A stretch of DNA of 64,000 nucleotides from Candidatus Latescibacterota bacterium (GCA_965198115.1 OZ240241.1:1024001-1088000), one strand, 5' to 3'. Shown: positions 45,711-57,028, numbered from the stretch's first letter. Program-made: numbers and translations. The notes: generated from the letters alone by a model not told the origin.

Positions 45711-45727
45711 CAGACCATCCGGCCATG

Positions 45728-47088
45728 GGTCAAGTCCCATAGTCAGTTGAAAACTCATCGGGCCCCGTAGTTTGGTCAGGCTCTCTTTTGAGCATTCTGT
45801 TCGTTGTCGAGATTCAGATCTTTGTTCAGTGCTTGCCTGAGTAGGGGAAGATGTTTGTATCCGCTCACGCGTCGCAGGCGAGGTTCGATGTCGAGGAGTG
45901 CGGCAGCCACCCATCTGTGTCTCTGGGGAGAGTTGTTCCAGCGTCTGACCTTCCGAGTGAGCTCGCCGGTCCTGCTGTTGAGGGCTTCGATGCAGTTGGT
46001 GGTTCGGAAGCTTCGTTTCAGGAATGGGAGCATACCCAGCCGGTGGAGGGTCAGGGTTTCCTCCAGGCCTTCCTCGAGGCTCGTTACGGCAGACTGATTC
46101 ATCAGCTTCAGTTCGGGTTTAAGTGATTCGAGTGCGGCCTTTGCCTCCTCGTAGGTGTCGCAGTCATAGGCTTTCTGGAGCTTCCGTCGAACTCTTGGAC
46201 GTTCCCTCTCCGGGAGATAGCTGACGACATTCTCGCGCTTGTGCCACTGACAGCGATGAACGCGCACATACCCTTTGAGGGCTTTGGTGACAGCACTGCG
46301 GAGTCCCTTTGAGCCGTCAAGCACAACGAGAAGGCCCTGGTCGTAGCACAGGCCTCTCCGGATGAGGTCCTGGATCAGCTGGCGGCAGATCCGTTCGTTC
46401 TCCGTCGCCGATTCGACGAAGCCCAGGGGGATCTTCTGGCCGTCCATCGTGACCCCCGGAGCGATCACGATCTCTTCGTCGGCAAAGCTCTTTCCGTCAA
46501 TGAACAGGGTCACGAAGCCGTAGTCGTCGAGGGGACGCTCCTGGAACTGCTTCAGCTTCTTCGCGGTGGCTTTGATGAACCGCCGCGAGACGGAGGACGC
46601 TGAGATACCAAACGCTTCTGGAACCGATTCGGCACAGGCCTTGTAGTTGCGGCACGAGATCCCCTTGAGAACACGAAGCAACAGCCCCTCGTCCGTCTTC
46701 TTGGGCGTCTGTAGAGCCCGGTATGCAGCCAGGGAAACCTCTGCGTCGGCCTCGACGTCGCGCACCCGGGGAACGTCTAACGGGAGCTTCTGGCTTCCCC
46801 ACCGACGATGCGCCTGCTCCGAACCTTTGCGCGCATACCGAACGCCTGCGAGCTGCTCGACCTCCTGCTGGAGGAGGTCTGCCACTGCCTCCAGACCCAA
46901 CGGGATCAACGCCTGGATCACCGACAAACGCGTCTCCAAATCGATGACATCGCCCTCAACCTTGACTTCACCATCGCCTGCAAATAGCTTCTCCATCTGG
47001 GCTCCTTTCTTACGGGTATACGCTCCTACACGTCTACCCAACGTAAGTTTGGAGCCCTCTAAGTTTCAACTACGATAGGCACAACACC
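45728..47088 (-). mobile_element. IS256-family insertion sequence
   Basis: IRs GGTCAAGTCCCATAGTCAGTTGAAA / GGTGTTGTGCCTATCGTAGTTGAAA; 8-bp TSD CGGCCATG (45720-45727, 47089-47096). Confidence 0.9.
45776..47041 (-). CDS. IS256 (Mutator) transposase
   Basis: VPRVR, GIS.R, LFIDG, LDGSKGL, RCQWHK.EN, TTNCIE.LN; the true start may be downstream. Confidence 0.92.
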   Translation of the reverse strand: MGRRVGAYTRKKGAQMEKLFAGDGEVKVEGDVIDLETRLSVIQALIPLGLEAVADLLQQEVEQLAGVRYARKGSEQAHRRWGSQKLPLDVPRVRDVEADAEVSLAAYRALQTPKKTDEGLLLRVLKGISCRNYKACAESVPEAFGISASSVSRRFIKATAKKLKQFQERPLDDYGFVTLFIDGKSFADEEIVIAPGVTMDGQKIPLGFVESATENERICRQLIQDLIRRGLCYDQGLLVVLDGSKGLRSAVTKALKGYVRVHRCQWHKRENVVSYLPERERPRVRRKLQKAYDCDTYEEAKAALESLKPELKLMNQSAVTSLEEGLEETLTLHRLGMLPFLKRSFRTTNCIEALNSRTGELTRKVRRWNNSPQRHRWVAAALLDIEPRLRRVSGYKHLPLLRQALNKDLNLDNEQNAQKRA

Positions 47089-47093
47089 CGGCC

Positions 47094-49211
47094 ATGAACG
47101 GATTCCTGACCTGCGCTCTGTTCGTGGCGACGAGCCTGCATACGCCGCTTCTGGGACAGCTGATCCACGTCCCGGAGCGTGTCGAATTCGGCCCCACCCG
47201 CGTGGGCTCGACGGCCGGCGATACCCTGCGCTTCATCAACAACAGTGCACACTCCCACCTGATCGATCGTGTCGATTTACCTGAGCCCGCCTTTTCTGCC
47301 ACACCCGTCGGCGTCACGACTGCCTCGATTCAGCTCGAGACCGGAGATACGCTCCGCCTCGCCATCATTTTCGCGCCCACTGCGGTCGTGTCCTATGCGA
47401 ACGTCCTCCACCTCGACGGGACCGATGGTTCGCGCGTCACCGTCCCTCTGCTGGGGGAAGGTGTGGCATCTGTGCTGGTGATCGATGAGGTTCTGGCCGA
47501 TCCGCCCACCGGGTTGGAGGGAGATAGCAACGGTGATGGCGTACGCCACAGTTCTGAGGACGAGTTTGTGGAGATCCTGAACATCAGCACGAGACCCGCG
47601 GATCTTACGGAGCTGGTACTGACCGATTTGGGTACCGAAAGCGGAGCGTTTCGATTCCCCGACGGTACCGTGCTTCCGCCGGGGGAACGCGCCGTCCTTT
47701 TCGGTGGGGGGCAGCCGATGGGACTTCCGGGCACCGTATTCGTCGACGATGGCAAGATCGGGAAAGGCTTGACCAATTCGGGGGATGGCGTCGTGCTTTT
47801 GCACGGAGTAGGAGGGGATACCCTCGACGCCATGACCTACGGCAGTGAAGGGGGCCGCGACCAGTCCCTCGTTCGTGAACCGCAAGGAACCGGCGCGTGG
47901 GTGAAACATTCGGATCCGCCAGGCCAGGGCCGCTTTTCACCCGGCACGGCACGGCCTTCGATGATCGGCGCGCACTTCAGCCAGGATAACATCACGATTG
48001 CCCCGGGAGAATCGTCGGTGCTCGATCCGGTCGGGTTTTTTGCCGACGGGGGCGTCGTCAACCTGGCAGGGCTCGTGAGCTACGTGAGTTCACCGACGGG
48101 CATCGTGGAGATGCACGGTGACACGGCGGTCGCGATTGCTGCCGGGCATGCCGACCTGACGGGGTCCCTTGCCGGGTTCGAATGGCGAGCGATCGTGAAC
48201 GTTACATCGGGTCCAATCGATGGCCTCAGGCTCCTACCCGCCGACACCCTCGTCGTGCTCGGGCAGTCCGTTCGATACACTGCGCTGGGCGTTGTCGAGG
48301 ACGATTTGACCCCGATTGGCGGAGTCCTTTTATCCGCCGATCCCGATTCGGTCGCAGTCGTCGTAGGCGACTCCGTACGGATGATCGGTGCGGGCTCGGG
48401 AACCGTTGTCGCCCAGTGGGAAGACTTCGTGACCGAAGCGACGATTCGATCGGCCTCCGCAGGCGACCTCGATGGCGATGGCCGATTCACGCTCACGGAC
48501 ATTGTTCGGATCATCGACCTGATCCTGACCATCGGTCAGAGCCCAACGCCATTCGAGTCAGCATCGGCCGACCTCACCCACGACGGTTCGATCGACCTGC
48601 TCGATCTGACGGCGGTTGTCGTCAAAATGCTGGGAGGACCGGTACGCTCGACGAAACCCGGTCTCCCACAGTGGCGGGCAGTGAGAAAGGGGAGAACGCT
48701 GGAAATAGCCGAAGAACTTTCCGGACTCATCGTTGCGTCGAGGGATCTTTCGAGTTTCACGGCGAACTGGGGAGGCACCATCAGCCGGCGCACGGCCGCA
48801 GATGGTCGTACGATCGTCGTGCTGATCGCCCAGCAAAAGATCGATGGCGTGAAGATCGAGGTCGGCTACGGCACCATCGACAGGGCCATTGGCTTCGACC
48901 GACAAGGTCAGCCCCGACGAATCCAGATCGGAGAGAACAGAAACCGACTTGTATGCTATCCGAATCCGTTCAAGTCTTCGACGGTCCTGGAGTTCCGACT
49001 TGGTATGAGGGGATACGTCGATGTGAGTGTCTTCTCGGCGATCGGCCAGCGTGTCGCTCACCTACGCAGCGCCGTCTTCGACGAGGGTCGGCATCGACTC
49101 GTGTGGGAAGGGCTCGATCGATCGGGACGGAGGCTGGCAAGCGGCGTTTACGTCATCACCCTCACAGCGGCGGAGAGACGCGATGTGGCGAAGATGGTTC
49201 TGCTTCAGTAG
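47094..49211 (+). CDS. Secreted protein: ASH/choice-of-anchor-D, lamin-tail domain, Ig-like, dockerin-like, FlgD/T9SS-like C-terminal domain
   Basis: Signal peptide; 'IDEVLADPP...GDSNGDG....DEFVEILN'; GDLDGDG...ADLTHDGSIDLLD; YPNPF...W.G.D..G..LASGVY. Confidence 0.8.
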   Translation: MNGFLTCALFVATSLHTPLLGQLIHVPERVEFGPTRVGSTAGDTLRFINNSAHSHLIDRVDLPEPAFSATPVGVTTASIQLETGDTLRLAIIFAPTAVVSYANVLHLDGTDGSRVTVPLLGEGVASVLVIDEVLADPPTGLEGDSNGDGVRHSSEDEFVEILNISTRPADLTELVLTDLGTESGAFRFPDGTVLPPGERAVLFGGGQPMGLPGTVFVDDGKIGKGLTNSGDGVVLLHGVGGDTLDAMTYGSEGGRDQSLVREPQGTGAWVKHSDPPGQGRFSPGTARPSMIGAHFSQDNITIAPGESSVLDPVGFFADGGVVNLAGLVSYVSSPTGIVEMHGDTAVAIAAGHADLTGSLAGFEWRAIVNVTSGPIDGLRLLPADTLVVLGQSVRYTALGVVEDDLTPIGGVLLSADPDSVAVVVGDSVRMIGAGSGTVVAQWEDFVTEATIRSASAGDLDGDGRFTLTDIVRIIDLILTIGQSPTPFESASADLTHDGSIDLLDLTAVVVKMLGGPVRSTKPGLPQWRAVRKGRTLEIAEELSGLIVASRDLSSFTANWGGTISRRTAADGRTIVVLIAQQKIDGVKIEVGYGTIDRAIGFDRQGQPRRIQIGENRNRLVCYPNPFKSSTVLEFRLGMRGYVDVSVFSAIGQRVAHLRSAVFDEGRHRLVWEGLDRSGRRLASGVYVITLTAAERRDVAKMVLLQ

Positions 49212-52123
49212 CTGGCTGGTCGTCCGTCTGTTGACGGCCGAGAGCCGTGCATCTGCCGAAGCGCTTGGGATGACCGCTACCGTCGCAGACGGCGATCCGG
49301 GCGACCTCGTGTCGGTGGATTTGGCCCTTTCTGCGTCCGAACCCTTGTCCGCTCTTCGAATGGACTTGCTCGTACCCGACGTGTTGATGTCCGATCCGGA
49401 AGCTGCCGTAGTCATAGGGGAAGCACCCTTCGTTTCATTCTTCAGAGCCGCCGCAGACACGCTCCGCGTCGTTGCCGTCGACTCGACAGGTTTGTCGGCA
49501 TCCAATGAGCTGAGGGTCCACATCGATTTGAGGGCCGGGTCCGATGTCGGCTCGGGTCTGGTCCGAATCATCGAATCCGAGGCCGTCACAGTCTCTGACC
49601 GGTCAGTCATCCGTGGGGTGCCCGTCGAGCTTCCGGTCGTGATCAGCTCCAACGTCCTGGCGATAGGAAATGGAGCAGGTTTGCAGGGCGAGACGGTGTC
49701 GGTCACTGTCTCACTGTCGACGGAAGCGCCCCTTGCCGGAATCCAGATAAGTTGGGGCAGCGACGATCTTCACGTTCACGGGGCGGGTCCAGTGAATCGT
49801 GCCACACACCTTCCTCTCTACCTGTCGGATGGTCGGATTCTCCTATTGACGGATCCAACCGGTCAGACCTCCCTGCCGGCTGGGTCAACGGACGTGCTCG
49901 CTCTGGAGGTCGGGATTCCCCGAAACCAGCCTACTGGACCCTACATCCTCCGGCCTACTGAGGTCGTGGCGACGGGGCTCGATGGGAGTCGTGTGATGAT
50001 TCGGGCAATTCCGGGCTCGTTCGACGTTCACAGGCGCCCGAACGAACCCCCCGCCCTCACACTCCCGGACACGCTTCATTTTATGGAGGACGAGGAGACA
50101 CGCTGGACGATTCCGGGCCAGGACCCGGACGGCGACCCGCTCGACTACCACCTCGAGGATAGTCCTGGGTGGCTACGGATATCGGGAAACGTCCTGCTGG
50201 GCAGCGCGGAGGATGTCGATGTGGGCCCACATCGTGTCGTGATTCGTGTGTCCGATGGGCTGGTCGAGGTCGCGGACACGCTGACGCTGTCCGTCGCCAA
50301 CGTGGCCCCCCGAATTCCGACGCAGGAACAAACGGTTCGCGTGGGAAAGCCGCTCGTGTTCGAGGTCACGATCCACAACCTGGACGGAGGTGACATCGCG
50401 TTCGATGGCCAGAATGGAATGAGTTTCGAAGGGAAGACGGTTCGATGGACGCCTGGGGCGATCGGTAGGTTTCTGCTCCGTGTAACCGCCGTCGATCCGC
50501 ACGGGATGATTGGGATGGGAGACGTGTGGGTTCGGGTGGAACCGCGGCCGGCAGTGAAGATCGCAGAAGTCCTGGCCGACCCGCCGGAGGGGGCGAGCGG
50601 GGACACCAACGGGGATGGGATCAGGGAAACCAACGGCGATGAGTATGTGGAAATTGTAAACGAGGGAAGGACTCCCGTGACGATCGGAGGATGGGTGCTG
50701 GCAGACGACGACACACGGCTGGACGCGTCATTCCGATTTCCGGGTGGAACGGTACTCATCCCCGGTGAAAGAGTCGTGGTCTACGGTCGCCCCCCGGGCC
50801 CGAGTGTCCCTCACCTCGCGTTCGGGGACGATGGCAAGATCGGCAATGGTCTGGCAAACCGGTCGGAGAAGGTGCTTCTCCTGGATCCTATCTACGATGA
50901 CACCGTTGATGTCTTCGCATACACGCTCGATAAGAGCCCCAAGGCGTCCCTCGTTCGCACGTCCAGAGGAATCGAGAGGCACGACGCGTTCCCGGGCTAC
51001 GAAAAGATGTCTCCGGGCGAACCCCGAGCGGTCGCTGCCGCCCTTGACCTGATTGTGCCCGGGCAACTGACTCTGGGAGATCGCGATACGGCAGTTGCCC
51101 GCGTCGTTTACAGCGATGGACACGTCACATCGATCGAGGAAGAGGTGAGTTGGATCGCGGGTGGCCCCGGCCTGCACCTGGGGCCTGAAGGATTGCTCAG
51201 GGCCCTCCGGCCCGGCACTTTCAGGATTTTTGCTCTCTGGCATGGCTATGTGGCCACGGCCGATGTGTCTGTCGTCGGTCCGCCTCCTCTTCCACCCATG
51301 CATCTTGAGTCGGACCCACCGGAGGAGGCGAGAGTTGGCGCGTGGTTCCGATATACACCGAGAATTAGCGACGACGAAGGTGCCGAAATTCGCTTCACGG
51401 TCGAGGGTCGAGACGTTCAGCGTGAGGGTGGAACCTTCTGGTGGCGGCCGAAAGAGCCCGGGCCCGTGACGATGAGGCTTCGGGCGATCAGGGAGGACGG
51501 AGATACACTGACGCACACGACGCAACGTGTCGTCGAGCCCCGCCCGGACCTGATTCTGAGTGAAATTCTTGCGGATCCCCTTCCCGGAAGTGCAGGGGAC
51601 GCGAACAGAGACGGCGTTCGCGAGAGCCTGGGCGACGAGTTCTTGGAGATCGTGAACCGCTCGAGTTTTCCAGTCAGCCTGGAAGGCTGGGTACTCAAAG
51701 ACGACGACGTTGCCCTGACAGAGACTCCACCGCTGCCGGCCCGATTCCTCGACCCAGGTGACTTTCTGATTCTATTCGTGAGCGACCGCCCGAGTGGCCG
51801 CCTGGGAAACGGCCTCAGCAACGCGGGAGATCGTCTACTACTGATCGACACGACCTTCGGTGATACGTTGATCGACGTCACCTATCGCGTAGTCGGTGAC
51901 CTCAATCGCTCGGTCGTGCCGTCCGTAAACGGCTGGGTTCCGCACGAAGGTCCTCCCTTCTCCCCGGGTTGGATCGAGACTCCTGAAGAGACGGATGCGG
52001 CATCGGAAGAGCACGAGAGTGAGGGATTGGCATCCTTGCCAGATAGAGGTGCTCTACGTGTCGAGGAAGTGCTGTCGGACCCACCGGCTGGACCGATGGG
52101 GGATGCGAACCGCGATGGCATTA

Positions 52124-53754
52124 GCCTGAATCATGCATGAATTTGAGTTTAGGTTGTTTTGGAGTGATGTGATCACGCACAGGATTTGTTCTCGGCTTCT
52201 TCGGATGTCCAAGGTCCCGTAAGCGGTCTCTACGAGTCGCAAGAGTCACGATTTTCGTCCGGAACAGGTGTTGTTTTGCGACGTGTACATAGCTGTCCCC
52301 GGTATAGATCGGCGTTGTTACTGCGTGTTCGTTTCGAGCCTGGTGATGATTGACACCAAGACGTTTTTGAGTGGATACGATGTTGGAAAATGGAATCGGA
52401 TTCTTCGTGCGCTTTCAATGACTCTCGCGCCGATTTTGAGGAAACGGTTCTGTATCGTGTTGACCTGAGGTTTGGTCCACGCGGTGCCCTTGAGTCCCTG
52501 TGATCGGAGTGCGTGAAGCAAGGCGTATGCAGCACTGTGTAGAAAGAGTCGGAACTGGTTGGCTTCAAACTTGTGGCACGATGTTCGATCGGAGTGAAGG
52601 AATGTTTTGTGGTCCTTGATGAAGCCTTCCGTGCGTCCCCTTGCGCAGTAGATACGATCATAGATAAAGCCGTCTCGATTACTCTGTAAATTGGTCACGC
52701 GGTATCTTGGATTTGCTTCGCCGTTTGTGACTTCAGCCTTGTGAATGATCCGGCGAGGCTGCCGGTAGGTGCCAGCCTGATATGAGAAGGATGAGAACAA
52801 GCGAATCGTCTCCTTATGCTCGCTCAGACGTAGCGCTTGGTCCATCAGGTTTTGTCCAGCCGCTTTGAGCTTGGAGTTGGCGCCCTGGCCCAGAACGTAG
52901 TAGATACCGTTGTCTTCGCAGAAATCGTGCATCTCTGGTGAGCTGAACTTTGAGTCTGCGCGAACGATGATCTCCACGTTTGGCCAAGATCCGCGTAGGT
53001 GTTCCACCAAGCGCTTGAGAATAGAAACGACCTGTTTACCGTTCGTCGGATGCCCGGGTCTCAAGATCGTCGTAATGAGCTTGCCGCTTTGGCCTTCATA
53101 GATATGTAGCGGCATATAGCAGTGTTCATTGTAATACGCGTTGAAGAGTGAAAATTGTTGCGCACCGTGCGTTGGGTCATCCGTGTCGTCGATATCGAGA
53201 ATGATGCTTGGGGGTGCCTGGTCATACGATGCGATGAACCCGTCTACAAAAGCCCGTGCGAGCCGATACAAATCCGAGCGTCGCACATCATTCTCAAGTC
53301 GTGTCATCGTTGATTGGCTCCCGAGATCAGGACCGGAAAGAGGAAGCCGATCGCAGGCAGCCTTGACGCCCGGATCGTGGCGCAAATCATCACAATCGAT
53401 GGCATCTTCATAGCCGCAAGCGATCTGAAAAACACGCTGCTTCACAAGATCCAAAAGCGTGTGATCGATATAGCTTGGGTGACGACGATCTCGCAAAGCA
53501 TCTACCATTCTGGCGATCAATCCCATCTGAGACTCAAGGGCGCGAAGCAACAGAACTCCACCGTCACTCCTGACGGCGCCACCGGCAAAATCAGCCTCAA
53601 CTACCTTGCCCGAAATGCTTGCGAATGGTAACCGGATCTGACTAGGTTCTATCACGGTAGTTCCTTCCAAGTGTTGTTTTGATGTGTCAGCCCTAATGTA
53701 GGGAAAAACAAACACTTGTACAAGGAGACTACCTTTTTTATGCATAATTCAGGC
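52124..53754 (-). mobile_element. IS1380-family insertion sequence
   Basis: IRs GCCTGAATCATGCATGAA / GCCTGAATTATGCATAAA, flanked by TA on both sides; lower GC than surroundings. Confidence 0.9.
52318..53745 (-). CDS. IS1380 transposase (DDE_Tnp_1_4)
   Basis: SDGG.LLL, IACGYED..D, LDID.TDD..HG.Q, VRADS.F, Y.ARG..E..IK, ANQFRL.L; start uncertain. Confidence 0.93.
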   Translation of the reverse strand: MHKKGSLLVQVFVFPYIRADTSKQHLEGTTVIEPSQIRLPFASISGKVVEADFAGGAVRSDGGVLLLRALESQMGLIARMVDALRDRRHPSYIDHTLLDLVKQRVFQIACGYEDAIDCDDLRHDPGVKAACDRLPLSGPDLGSQSTMTRLENDVRRSDLYRLARAFVDGFIASYDQAPPSIILDIDDTDDPTHGAQQFSLFNAYYNEHCYMPLHIYEGQSGKLITTILRPGHPTNGKQVVSILKRLVEHLRGSWPNVEIIVRADSKFSSPEMHDFCEDNGIYYVLGQGANSKLKAAGQNLMDQALRLSEHKETIRLFSSFSYQAGTYRQPRRIIHKAEVTNGEANPRYRVTNLQSNRDGFIYDRIYCARGRTEGFIKDHKTFLHSDRTSCHKFEANQFRLFLHSAAYALLHALRSQGLKGTAWTKPQVNTIQNRFLKIGARVIESARRIRFHFPTSYPLKNVLVSIITRLETNTQ

Positions 53755-55643
53755 TAATGGACAATTCGCCGACGAGTTCGTCGAACTTCGCAACACAGCT
53801 TCCGACACGGTTGATCTGAGTGGATGTCTGATTGGTGACGATGACACTCGTCGCCTCTTTCGCGTCGCCGAGGGCACCAAGCTGCCACCCGATGGACGAT
53901 TCGTACTTTCGGGGGCGGTCAGGTGCCTGCCATTCCTGGAGCAGTCGTCTTTGCGGACGACGGACGCATCGGGGACGGTTTATCGAACGCAGGTGATCGC
54001 GTTCTTGTCTTGGCACCGAACGGTGAAGATACCCTCAGTGAGGCATCATTCGGTACCTCTGATGGTCTCGGTTCATGGGTGTTTTTGGAGCCCGGCCAAC
54101 CTGCACGATCCCACGCCAATCTGCCATTGAGAGGTCCTCATTCCGCTGGTCTGGCGTCACCGACCCTTCTGTCTCTTTTCCTCGAGGTTGTCATCGCTGA
54201 GGATTCAACGCGCACACTGCGTGCGACGGTGGTTGGGACCTTCAGCGATGGGTCGCTCCAGGAGGTGACGAGGCAGACTGACATCGATCCTTCTCCCGAT
54301 GACCCTGCGGTTCTCGGTGCCGGCGAGATCACTTTCGTCGCCCGCTGGGAGGCTTACGAAGCGACAGCCACGGTGAGGATCGAAGATCGCGAGGATGTCG
54401 AATCACCCAGCAACCACCTGCCGGTGGTGGTATCTGACGGTGAGGTGGTGGTCGTTGTCGGACATCCGTTCCGCCACACGATCGTGATCGAGGACCTGGA
54501 CAGGGATCCTCTGACCACGCGAATCGTGAGCGCACCGGCCTGGGTTCGGTTGGAGGGAAACGATCTGACGGGTACGCCCCCGATCGAAGCATTCTGGCCC
54601 ATTCTGATTCAGCTGGACGACTCTCACGACCGGGTCGATTGGTCGATCGAAGTCCGTGCCGTCGATCCGGTGAAATCTTTGGAGACGGTGAAACCCGCTT
54701 CTGTAGGCCTGACCTGGATACACCCTCTGGCCATACCCGACGGGTTTGAGGTTCAGATCGACCGGGGCCCGGACTACGACTCGGACCGCCAAGAGATCGT
54801 TTGGGTTCCCGAAGAGTCCGATCTCGGATCGTCAGAGATCGTTGCCCTGGTCCGTGGTCCATCGACAGACCTCTTTTTAATGCGGTTTCGCGTGGAGGTC
54901 AGGTCCAGACCCGAGGTCAGGGTGGTGGAAATCCTGGCGGACCCGAGAACGGACACGAACGGTGACGGCCACATCGACCCGGAACAAGACGAGTACATCA
55001 CCATCCTGAACGATGGGGACAGACCTTTAGATCTGTCTGGCTGGTGGTTAGGTGATGACGACGGGAAACCTGCCGTGTTGCCACGGGGTACGGTCGTTGC
55101 GCAGGGAGAGCGTTTGCGGCTGGTGGGCGAATCAGGAACCCTGGCGTCTGACGCCGTGGGTGCCCAGGGCAGGATCGGGAACGGTCTTGCTGGCCGCGAC
55201 CGGCTCCTCCTGATCCATCCAGACGGTCCCGACACCGTCCTCAGCGTCGTCTACGACAACGGGAACGTCGGAGAGGCTCTCGTTTTCTCGACCACGTCTA
55301 ATGCGTGGGTACCGCGAAGTGAGACAGAGACCATTGAGACGAGTGAGGACGCGAGAGACTTCGAATGGACCAGGCGGCCGCACCCCAACCCGTTTCGGTC
55401 ATGTGTCAGGATTCCGATCCAGACCACGGGGCCGGGTTACCTGTCGATCCTGAATGTATTGGGCCAACCGGTTCTGCGGGCGTCCGTTCGTGGACGGGAG
55501 ATCTTCGAATGGTGCGGACACGCATCTGATGGAACACCGATGGCGCGTGGCGTCTATCTCCTGCAACTGAGCAACGCCGAGGACCATCGAGCGACTAAAG
55601 TGCTTTACCTGAAGTGATTCCACGACGAAAGGAGGTGATTTCC

Positions 55644-55904
55644 GTGTCTCAGCCAGAAATCGTATTTCGCCACGGCTCGTGCAGCGCATCGATCTTCGAA
55701 AACGAGTATCAACGAGGCGACGATTCGTTCGCGGTCAAGTCCGTGAATTTCCAGCGCGCGTATCTCGATCGTCACGGGAAGTGGCAGCACTCGAGCAGCT
55801 TGAAGCTCAACGACATTCCCAAGGCGGTGTTGGTGTTGAACAAGGCGTATGAGTATCTGACGTCGAACGGCCGCGCGGAAGAGGAACCAGCAGAAGAGGA
55901 GTAG
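55644..55904 (+). CDS. Small conserved protein, possible PC4/Whirly-like ssDNA-binding fold
   Basis: Strong RBS AAAGGAGGTGA; 'ASIFEN...SVNFQRAYLD..GKW..SSSL..NDIPKA.L.L.KAYEY' and an acidic tail. Confidence 0.75.
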   Translation: MSQPEIVFRHGSCSASIFENEYQRGDDSFAVKSVNFQRAYLDRHGKWQHSSSLKLNDIPKAVLVLNKAYEYLTSNGRAEEEPAEEE

Positions 55905-55973
55905 AAGAACAAAGACGTGAGCGACAGGGACCGGCGTGCAGGGGACGCGGGTCCCTTCGTCTTGCGAGGATGT

Positions 55974-56835
55974 TTAGTTCGCGAGGCTGCTGAGGAACTC
56001 GAAGATGCGCTCCTTCTCGTCGACGAGTTCGTCTCGAACATCGACGAGCTGGTCGCCCGTGATGGAGAGATGGGCCTTGAGCAAAGCGCTGGAGTCCGGC
56101 ACGTTGGCTTCGAAGGCAAGACCGAGGTCGGCTTTTTTGATCAGGAAATCGGCCAGGTGGACTACGAGCGTAATCGGCAGATACTGTTTTTTGACGGATC
56201 TCAATGTGTGGTGATTGGCGATCGGGGTGACCAGAATCTCTGGGAATTTCCACCGAGAAGTTAGGATGCCACCGACTTCGGCGTGATCGTTCCAACCGGT
56301 CACGCTCGACCATGAAGGTTGGCCGATGGTCGTGCTCGAGTTCGGCGATCACGCCGTGATACCGTTCGTGGAAGAACGTGTCCAGAATGACCTTGCCGAG
56401 ATCGTGGAAGAGACCCGCGACAAAGAAAGTCTCGTGGTCGGGCAGACTCAGGGTTTTGGCGATGAGGCGGGAGGCTGTCCCACACCCGATTGAATGAATC
56501 CAGAACGCCTCTCGATCGAAGCTGGCTTTACCGTTGCTCTCCGAAAGTGTGTCGAAGACGGAAACGCTGAGCGCTAGGGAGCGAACGGTGTCGAACCCGA
56601 GCACGACGACGGCTTGTTGAATCGTCGTGATCCGGCGGGAAAACCCGTAGAAGGCAGAATTGGCGAGGCTGAGGATCTTGGCGGATACCGAAACGTCCTG
56701 GGCGACGATTTCTCCCAGTTCGACAGCCGATGTCTCCTGGCTGTTCGCGGCTTCGAGCACCCGGCTGACGACGACGGGCAACGTCGGAATGTCACGAATC
56801 TGCCTAAGACTTAAACGGATGTCTTCACGATCCAC
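55974..56835 (-). CDS. HDOD domain protein (frameshift ~56303)
   Basis: IPTLP, D....KIL.LANSAFYG, A.VVLG, FWIHS, AGLFHDLGK, HAEVG..L..RW.FP. Confidence 0.88.
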
Positions 56836-57028
56836 GAAATCCCCCGAAACAGTTCGCCAGAGTCACGATCCAGGCGGACCGGCTGAAACTTTAATTTGCA
56901 CCTTTGTTGAACTTTACGCAACCCCCTCAACTGGATAGGCCGAACCCAAGTTGAGGCCAGGGTAATCCTGGGAACTGTTTATTTTCAGAGGTTTACGGAA
57001 AGATCAGGGTGTTGCGTCGGAGGGGAGA

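Larger units (their letters stand above)
49183..55617 (+). pseudogene. Large secreted protein: cohesin-like, putative Ig (cadherin-like) repeats, four lamin-tail domains, FlgD-like CTD; interrupted by IS1380
   Basis: LTD motif E.LADP...D.N.DG......DE..EI.N four times; IS removal restores DANRDGINGQFADEFVEL; extra frameshift ~53910; C-terminal HPNPF...GVYLL. Confidence 0.8.

Noticed and set aside
48182-49234. Long alternative-frame or antisense ORFs (also 8276-9313, 32877-33884, 2706-3530)
   Set aside because: Shadow ORFs of GC-rich genes with Arg/Pro/Ser-biased composition and no motifs.
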